From Escherichia phage vB_Eco_BCPEco_001, in the sequence record PV295200.1: a stretch of 64,000 bases of DNA, one strand, 5' to 3'. Both the position numbers and the translations under genes were made by a program. Position 1 is the stretch's first letter. The number at the start of each line of letters is the position of its first letter. The notes under the pieces were generated by a model that was not told the origin of the DNA, did no database searches, and saw nothing but the letters and a program-made list of their open reading frames with translations. Positions 53,079 through 64,000 of the stretch are shown here, piece by piece.

Positions 53079-54644
53079 TTAGATACCTTTAACATATACA
53101 CGTCTAAAGTAAGCGTTTTTACCAAGGCTATTCAGAATAGAAGGCATACCGCTCTGGATGCGAGAAGCCGGAGCCTGAGCAGCGGATTCTGCAAATGGGT
53201 TGATACCGATACCGTAACGAGTTTTGAATCCCATTACCGGTTGGAAGTTCTTCGGATCGGAACCACGCAGCGGAGTCAGAGCTACATATGGAGCATAGTA
53301 AATACCAGCATCCATTTCGTTCGGACCTTTATAACCTACAGTGAAATAATCCTGTTTAGCATACTGGTCGATATATACACGGTATTTACCACCCAGAACA
53401 CCAGCAAATACTGACTTGGTAGTATCAGTGTTGAAGCCAGTAGCCAGACCCTGTGCAGCATAAGAAATGCCGGTATCAACTGAAGCCAGAACGTTAACTA
53501 CGTTACGGGAAGCGATAATGAAGTTACCTTCACCACGACCAGTCTGACGAGCAATTTCAACTGCTTCTTTGTCAATCTGGAACAACAGAGCTTTAAAGGA
53601 TTCACCTGCCCAGCGAGCACCACGAATATCGATTGGGTCTTGGAAGTCAAATACACCAGCTTTAGAACCCGGAGTCAGGGTCATACCAGATTTACCAACC
53701 TGAGCTGAGTAGTTAATCCAATCAACAACTTCACGGTTGATTTCCAGCATAATTTCTGTAGCCAGAATACCAGACAGTTCAGCATCAGCATCCATACCGT
53801 GAACAGCGCGGAGGTCTTGTGCTAATTCGATAGAGTAAGCAGCTTTCAGCTGACGAGATTTAGCTTCGATAACTTGTTTATCGATACGGAAGCCCATTTC
53901 ATTCCATGGGTTATCGGTAGAACCGTTGAAACCTTCCTGAAGTTCAGCGATAGAAGTAGCCATACCTTCAGCGATTTCTACCAGTACACCAGCTTCCATT
54001 TGTTTCTTAACTTCGGCATCTAATTTAGCAGCATCAGTCGCACCAGCATCGATTGTTACTACAGCGGAAGCTTGCAGATACACGGTACCAGTTTCCTGGA
54101 AGAAGTGAGTATAGATATCACCTACAACGGTTTGTGTGCTAGCAGCCAGAGCTGGGAATTTCTTAGCAGCACCCTGACCAGAGAACATTGCATCTGGACC
54201 ATACATCGGATGGAATGCTTCTTTAGCACCGGAAGCGATTGGATCTTTACCATATACTGCGCGCAGTGCGAATACCTGGCCAGTCGGGCTGTTCATCGGC
54301 TGAACACCACAAATATCGAAAGCAATCAGGTTAGGAATAGCACGACGTACCATACCCATAACAGCTGGGCCAATCTGAGTCACTGCGCCAGAAGTCTGAC
54401 CAGCAGCGATGTTAGTAGCATTGTAACCGTGGTCACCACCGATTTCAGCTTCTGTTAAGAAAGAACCGAATGCCTGAGCAATTTTTTCGTCTTTATATTC
54501 CGGAGCTGTCTGGAAATCTTTTTCCTGGTTTTCAAAGATTTTAGCGATAATCGCTTGTTTGCTATTAGCAATTTCCGGTAAACCTTCACCTTCCAGTAAT
54601 GGCTTCCATTTGTTCAAAAGTTCAGCTTTAGTTTTGATAGTCAT
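53079..54644 (-). CDS. 23: major capsid protein gp23
   Basis: 521-aa ORF MTIKTKAELLNKWKPLLEGEGLPEIANSKQ...; matches T4 gp23. Confidence 0.97.
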   Translation of the reverse strand: MTIKTKAELLNKWKPLLEGEGLPEIANSKQAIIAKIFENQEKDFQTAPEYKDEKIAQAFGSFLTEAEIGGDHGYNATNIAAGQTSGAVTQIGPAVMGMVRRAIPNLIAFDICGVQPMNSPTGQVFALRAVYGKDPIASGAKEAFHPMYGPDAMFSGQGAAKKFPALAASTQTVVGDIYTHFFQETGTVYLQASAVVTIDAGATDAAKLDAEVKKQMEAGVLVEIAEGMATSIAELQEGFNGSTDNPWNEMGFRIDKQVIEAKSRQLKAAYSIELAQDLRAVHGMDADAELSGILATEIMLEINREVVDWINYSAQVGKSGMTLTPGSKAGVFDFQDPIDIRGARWAGESFKALLFQIDKEAVEIARQTGRGEGNFIIASRNVVNVLASVDTGISYAAQGLATGFNTDTTKSVFAGVLGGKYRVYIDQYAKQDYFTVGYKGPNEMDAGIYYAPYVALTPLRGSDPKNFQPVMGFKTRYGIGINPFAESAAQAPASRIQSGMPSILNSLGKNAYFRRVYVKGI

Positions 54645-54662
54645 TTGTGTTAACCTTTAAAA

Positions 54663-55472
54663 TTAGAAACGAGATGCGACTTTCGCATATACACTTACAA
54701 TATCTTCTGCACCCTGTGCAGCTTTATCTTCTACAGCTTCAGTGACGAAATTCAGTCCGGCTGCTTCAGTATCAGGAGTATTTATACTCTCAGTAATAGT
54801 GCTTTCATCTTTATTAGATTTCTTCACCATTTCTACGATTGCACTCAATTTACTTGAGAATGCATCTGAATAATCCATACCTTCGACCAGAGCAGAGACT
54901 TTTTCTTTTTGAGACTCAGTCAGATCTTTAGTACTTTCGCTCAATGCCACTTCACGCTGCACATAATTGATATATGCGTCACGCTTATTGAGTTCTTCGA
55001 ACAGACGAGCTGATTCTTCTTTATGTTCTTGCAGCTCTTCTTCCATTTCAGCTACAACATCAACTGATTCTTCTGGAACAACAACGTTGTGTTCAACAAA
55101 GAGCTCTTTTAATCCACCAAGCATGGATTCAAACAGTTCGGCTTTGATACCTTTATCAACTGCTAATTTATTTTCAGCGAGCCATTCTTTCGCAAGATGG
55201 TCAAGGAATTTAGAAGCTTGCTCAGCGATTTTCTTCTCAGCTTTTTCTTCGGCTTCTTCTTTATTTTTTTCTACTTCTTCTTCTGCTTTTTCAGCAATTT
55301 TAGCGATATGAGATTCAGCTAATTTAACGGCGTGCTGCTTGACGGTAGCTTCGAATACAGTGCCGAAAGTTTCTTTTGCTTCCGGAGAAATATTAACTGA
55401 TTCGAAAATACTATCAAGAGCAACGGAAGCATCAATTTTCTGCGCTTCGGCAATCAGTTGTTCTTTAAGCAT
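54663..55472 (-). CDS. 22: prohead core scaffold protein gp22
   Basis: 269-aa highly acidic coiled-coil-like ORF MLKEQLIAEAQKID... Confidence 0.9.
   Translation of the reverse strand: MLKEQLIAEAQKIDASVALDSIFESVNISPEAKETFGTVFEATVKQHAVKLAESHIAKIAEKAEEEVEKNKEEAEEKAEKKIAEQASKFLDHLAKEWLAENKLAVDKGIKAELFESMLGGLKELFVEHNVVVPEESVDVVAEMEEELQEHKEESARLFEELNKRDAYINYVQREVALSESTKDLTESQKEKVSALVEGMDYSDAFSSKLSAIVEMVKKSNKDESTITESINTPDTEAAGLNFVTEAVEDKAAQGAEDIVSVYAKVASRF
54779..54786 (-). promoter_or_regulatory. candidate late promoter (TATAAATA) for gene 23, inside gene 22 3' end
   Basis: Exact TATAAATA on minus strand ~135 nt upstream of gene 23 ATG; coordinates +/-1. Confidence 0.35.
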
Positions 55473-55502
55473 TTTGTAGTCCTGTTGTTTAGATAATAAT
55501 AT

Positions 55503-56141
55503 TTATAACGCTTTTTTCATGGCCTCTGCGAGAGCCATATAGGCGTCATCGGCACTTGTATCGGCTTCCGCCGTCTGTGATTCGGTAATTTCCTTAGGAG
55601 TTACCCATGCATCTGGAGCACTTGGACCCCATACTGCATCAACACCTACAGTTAATTTGAATCCTTCGTTTACGATACGATAACCTTTATTTGTGTCAGT
55701 CAATGAACCTAATCCACGAGAAGAAACTCCTGGAATCCATCCGGCACGAATATTAGCTGCTAATTTATCTCCAGGACCGTGGTCACCTTCAATAACACGA
55801 GCTCGTCCGTATACGTCATTTCCTTTCCACCACATATCTTCTATAATGATAGCGGCTTGCATCGGGTCAACATTAGCGCGTGGAGGATGATTTAATTCTC
55901 CGAGAGCTTGTTTAGTTAAAACTTGCTCATTAATATAGTCTTTTACCGCTTTTTCTAATATACGTTTTGGATAAAGACGTTTATTTCTATTGACGACTTC
56001 CGCTTGCATGAATATTCCTTCGATGTATAAACCCGGTTTTAAACCTAAGTCTTTTCCATCATGAGATTCAAGCATTGGTACGCCATCAATAATTTCGCCA
56101 GGTTGACCCCAAGTTTCAATTAGTAATTGGGGTTCATTCAT
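55503..56141 (-). CDS. 21: prohead core protease gp21
   Basis: 212-aa ORF, same length as T4 gp21. Confidence 0.9.
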   Translation of the reverse strand: MNEPQLLIETWGQPGEIIDGVPMLESHDGKDLGLKPGLYIEGIFMQAEVVNRNKRLYPKRILEKAVKDYINEQVLTKQALGELNHPPRANVDPMQAAIIIEDMWWKGNDVYGRARVIEGDHGPGDKLAANIRAGWIPGVSSRGLGSLTDTNKGYRIVNEGFKLTVGVDAVWGPSAPDAWVTPKEITESQTAEADTSADDAYMALAEAMKKAL

Positions 56142-56566
56142 TAGCTTAATCCTAATGCTTTACGGCGTTTAAGAGCTTTTTTACGCTTACGCTGAGCACG
56201 AGATTGACCTGCTGGATTGGCAATCTTCGTTTTGGTAGCTTTACGAGCAATTTGTCTACGTTTTGCTTTAGACAACCCGGTAGTTTGAAATGCATTACGT
56301 TCGCGGGTTTTGCGATCTTTAGTGCGAGTAATTTCACCACGGGCAGAAACATGTTTAACGATAAATTCATTTAACGGCATATTTTCATTAATAGAAGCTA
56401 ATGCAACCGCTAAATCAGTTTCATCATCAAGCATATTCTCGACAATTGTATTTATATCGTCTTTATTTAAAGCAGAAGACAATTCGTCAAAGCGACCCTG
56501 TGCTTCAGGAATAAGTGCTTCGACATTCTCGAGAACTAATTCATGAGTTTCAGGGATCAGAAGCAT
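56141..56566 (-). CDS. 68: prohead core protein gp68
   Basis: 141-aa ORF between 21 and 67. Confidence 0.8.
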
Positions 56567-56798
56567 TATTCATCATCCTCGTCTTCGTCAGAGTCTTTGT
56601 CTTTTTTGTCGTCTTTATCATCACTATCTTCGTCATCATCCTCGTCATCAGGTTCTTCACCTTCGATTAAGAAATTACGAGCGATAGCGATTTTTTCTTC
56701 TTTAATTAAATCAGTCGTTCTTGCAGCCATGGCTTCAGCAAATAATTTACGAGCGGCTACGAGGTCGTTTGATTTAATAGCTTCAATTAAACCTTCCA

Positions 56799-56799
<1 letters not shown>
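56566..56799 (-). CDS. 67: prohead core protein gp67
   Basis: 77-aa ORF with poly-acidic C-terminus ([17 protein letters not shown]...). Confidence 0.8.
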
Positions 56800-58424
<1,625 letters not shown>

Positions 58425-58432
58425 TTAAGCAG

Positions 58433-58449
58433 GATGGGGATTTCTCCCC
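58433..58449 (-). terminator. hairpin downstream of gene 19
   Basis: GGGGA-GAAA-TCCCC on minus strand just after gene 19 stop. Confidence 0.4.
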
Positions 58450-58456
58450 ATTCATT

Positions 58457-58948
58457 TTATTCCCAATAATCGAGAGCGAGAGTTACTTCAAAGGTTTGGA
58501 TTTCATTGTTTGAATCCCAATCTAATTGAAGTTCACCCACGTTAGTAGGCCACAGACCTTTAATTTCAATTTCTTTTGTTACTGTTTTAGCGTCACGAGC
58601 ATATTGACGAACGATAGCGCTCTTTTTATACTCTGCAGGTTTTCCACCAGTAATTTCGTTTCCTTGACCAGCAGCAATGCTTTGCCAATCAACAAACTTC
58701 TGGCGAGCATCATGAGCTTCATCGTTCATTACTGTAACAGTCCAGTCATCGAATGTACGATCGCCTGCTACGTTAATTTTACGGTTCATAAATCCGACTG
58801 GAATTTTTTCTACAATACCAGCTGGTAAAGCAGTGGCTTTACATTGGAATGTAAAATTTTGTCCAAGATAAGAAATTTCTACTTGGAATAAGTTAGGTCG
58901 AGCAAAATCACCAGATTCAAACGCTCGTGTTACATCATCTACAAACAT
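58457..58948 (-). CDS. 19: tail tube protein gp19
   Basis: 163-aa ORF, same length as T4 gp19. Confidence 0.9.
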   Translation of the reverse strand: MFVDDVTRAFESGDFARPNLFQVEISYLGQNFTFQCKATALPAGIVEKIPVGFMNRKINVAGDRTFDDWTVTVMNDEAHDARQKFVDWQSIAAGQGNEITGGKPAEYKKSAIVRQYARDAKTVTKEIEIKGLWPTNVGELQLDWDSNNEIQTFEVTLALDYWE

Positions 58949-58962
58949 ATTAGCCTCTGTAG

Positions 58963-58970
58963 TATTTATA
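58963..58970 (-). promoter_or_regulatory. late promoter (TATAAATA) proximal to gene 19
   Basis: Exact TATAAATA on minus strand 14 nt upstream of ATG, GAGG between; a second exact copy lies at 59022-59029. Confidence 0.5.
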
Positions 58971-59030
58971 TCCCTATGTTTAACCTAGGGCATATAGAAT
59001 TAAAGAATTAAGGATATAGTGTATTTATAT

Positions 59031-59048
59031 GGCCTGCCGAAACAGGCC
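59031..59048 (-). terminator. hairpin downstream of gene 18
   Basis: GGCCTG-TTTCGG-CAGGCC on minus strand after gene 18 stop. Confidence 0.45.
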
Positions 59049-59064
59049 TTTAGAATGCACCATA

Positions 59065-61044
59065 TTAACCAGCAAGACCAGTTAACTCATCGAAATCTGC
59101 ACCAGTAGCAGTCGCAACGAAGTTAAGCTGGATATAATTTATACTGCGCGCCGGTTGGATGTAGAATGTTGCAACAAACTCATTTCTATCAATTACTGAC
59201 GGAGTGTTATTTGTTGTATCGCAAACTACACGATATTCATAAATTCCGCCAAGAGCTTTAATTCCTTGCAAGTACTGAGCAGTTTCTGTACGGAATGAAG
59301 AACGAGTAAACGCATTGTTTAATTCGAACAAACGATATTTTGAACTACGTCCGATATTCGTTTTCAACATATTAAACAGACGACGAACGTTAATACGATC
59401 AAACGGAGAAGGAACAGAAGTAGCTGTTTTATCACCATACAATACGTAACCATCACCACCTGTACCAGTTACCGGGTTGATAGCTTCTTGGTATAAACGG
59501 TCGCGCTGAGCCTGGCGAGTTTCAATAGCCAGTTTAATAACGTTCAAAATTTGGCCACGATTATAACCAGCTGGAGACATCCAAGTCTGAGATACGTTAT
59601 CAGTTCTTGCGCATAAACCAGCAATATCAGCTGCTAATGGAACCCAACGATTCACATCATTATATTTGTCATACTGATATTTGTAGTTACCATCAATTGC
59701 TGCGTAGGTTGAACTAATATTAAAGTTATTATCAGTATATGAACCTGTGGCAGTTCTCCAATTGACTAAGTTATCAACAGCACGGGTTACAGGAATTCCA
59801 ACTACAGTTTCACGCGGAGGAGAGCACAATACTAAGCAATCTTGGCGAGCATCCCCAATTGAAACGACGTGTTTTTGGACAGTAGATGCTGTTTCTAAAG
59901 ATTCACCGGCACAAGAACCCGCAATAAACAGTTGAACATCAACAGATTCACGGTCAGCAAAGAAGTCCCAAGCTTCCATCAAATCTCCTGCTGTAACTTC
60001 AGCATTTGATGATAATCCACCAGAAAGAGTTAAAATTCCAGAGAATCCTTCTGGCCAGTTTTGTGCAGTTGCAAAAATATATTCTGAACCACCTTTTGCG
60101 AAAAAGTCATCGATATAGATGTTACTATCGTAAATATCTTTTTCACCACGCTTAGTTGAAAGAACAACGCTTTGAACAATAGCATCATTTCGACGAACTA
60201 TAATAGCGTACTGTGAGTCAGTCTGCGGCCCATATCCAAATACTGCCTTGGCAGTAGATGCACGAGTACCACCACCTGGATAAATTGGCAGTAATGCAGA
60301 AGCGCCTTTCGCATAGTCAGCTTTAGATACGATTTCAATTTCAATTTTATCGCCTAATTCGCCTGGATAGAGAGCTACTACTCCTGGAATTCCATATTTT
60401 TCAAGATTTGCCTGAAAATCAACTGCTGTCATAGCAGTTTCAGCGCTCTCGATTTCAGCTAATAAAATACCGGAATCAGTAATAATTTTTCCAAGAGTTA
60501 TTACTGCAGCTAAACCGGAAGAAGATGAAGAAATTTCTGCAGTCCAGTTAGAACCTAATGTTGGGTATTCGCCAACTTCTTTAGCTTTAGCAATAATTTT
60601 TGCAGTAGGAATATTAATTTTCTTAATTTTTCCATCAGCATCTACTTCGGTAATTTTACCTTCTGTTTCAACATCTTCTGAAACATATTTGACCGTGATT
60701 TTATCTCCAACCGCGTAGTTACTACCTGGGGTAGAAATTGTGTATTCAATATTACCAGCAATCGGAGATGAGTTTTTAGCGGTATCTCTATCGACAGCGC
60801 GCACAACTCGCAAATCATTTCCATATTGTAAGAAATTCATTGCAGACATAAAATAGTCAGCAGTTTCAGCTGTAGGTTGACCAAAAGTATTAACTAAATC
60901 TACTTCGTTTGTAACCTGTTTAATCTGAAAAGCAGGACCCCACTGGAATTTACCGGCCAAAGCTGCTGTACCAGTAGAGTTATTAACCACGGTGCTTTGA
61001 ACCGTAGTTTCTTTGAGCTCAATGCCCGGAGATAATAAAGTCAT
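59065..61044 (-). CDS. 18: tail sheath protein gp18
   Basis: 659-aa ORF, same length as T4 gp18. Confidence 0.95.
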   Translation of the reverse strand: MTLLSPGIELKETTVQSTVVNNSTGTAALAGKFQWGPAFQIKQVTNEVDLVNTFGQPTAETADYFMSAMNFLQYGNDLRVVRAVDRDTAKNSSPIAGNIEYTISTPGSNYAVGDKITVKYVSEDVETEGKITEVDADGKIKKINIPTAKIIAKAKEVGEYPTLGSNWTAEISSSSSGLAAVITLGKIITDSGILLAEIESAETAMTAVDFQANLEKYGIPGVVALYPGELGDKIEIEIVSKADYAKGASALLPIYPGGGTRASTAKAVFGYGPQTDSQYAIIVRRNDAIVQSVVLSTKRGEKDIYDSNIYIDDFFAKGGSEYIFATAQNWPEGFSGILTLSGGLSSNAEVTAGDLMEAWDFFADRESVDVQLFIAGSCAGESLETASTVQKHVVSIGDARQDCLVLCSPPRETVVGIPVTRAVDNLVNWRTATGSYTDNNFNISSTYAAIDGNYKYQYDKYNDVNRWVPLAADIAGLCARTDNVSQTWMSPAGYNRGQILNVIKLAIETRQAQRDRLYQEAINPVTGTGGDGYVLYGDKTATSVPSPFDRINVRRLFNMLKTNIGRSSKYRLFELNNAFTRSSFRTETAQYLQGIKALGGIYEYRVVCDTTNNTPSVIDRNEFVATFYIQPARSINYIQLNFVATATGADFDELTGLAG

Positions 61045-61072
61045 TTTTAATCCTCTTTAATATGCTTTAATA

Positions 61073-64000
<2,928 letters not shown>

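Noticed and set aside
54072-54458. 128-aa plus-strand ORF inside gene 23 (similar ORFs at 16586-17117, 24087-24464, 33552-33809, 54967-55311)
   Set aside because: All are antisense or out of frame inside well-supported genes and lack start signals.

Overview
This 64-kb window is a contiguous segment of a T4-type (Tevenvirinae) myovirus genome, in reverse orientation relative to the conventional T4 map. Gene identities come from recognising protein sequences, lengths and synteny by eye; no database search was run, and hand-derived coordinates may be off by 1-2 nt. Reading left to right: long tail fibre genes 37 (partial), 36, 35, 34 on the minus strand; an early/middle replication and nucleotide-metabolism cluster on the plus strand (rnh, dsbA, 33, 59, 32, frd, td with a group I intron carrying I-TevI, nrdA, nrdB with a group I intron carrying full-length I-TevIII, denA, rnlA, alc, spanin pair, pseT, cd, 31, rIII, small 30.x ORFs, DNA ligase 30); two tandem Alt-family ADP-ribosyltransferase genes; baseplate hub genes 54-48-29-28-27-51 (minus) and 26-25 (plus); uvsY, uvsW, inh, hoc, rnlB; and the head/tail module 24, segD, 23, 22, 21, 68, 67, 20, 19, 18, 17, 16, 15 (partial). 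No tRNA, rRNA or CRISPR array was seen. No clearly novel multi-gene system stands out; the most notable points are local departures from canonical T4: hoc is broken by two +1 homopolymer indels and carries an internal tandem domain duplication; there are two diverged Alt paralogs in tandem; a near-identical 55-bp promoter/stem-loop cassette occurs twice about 14.6 kb apart; an extra ORF sits between frd and td; the nrdB intron ORF is full length; and a NADAR-like ORF lies in the 30.x region.
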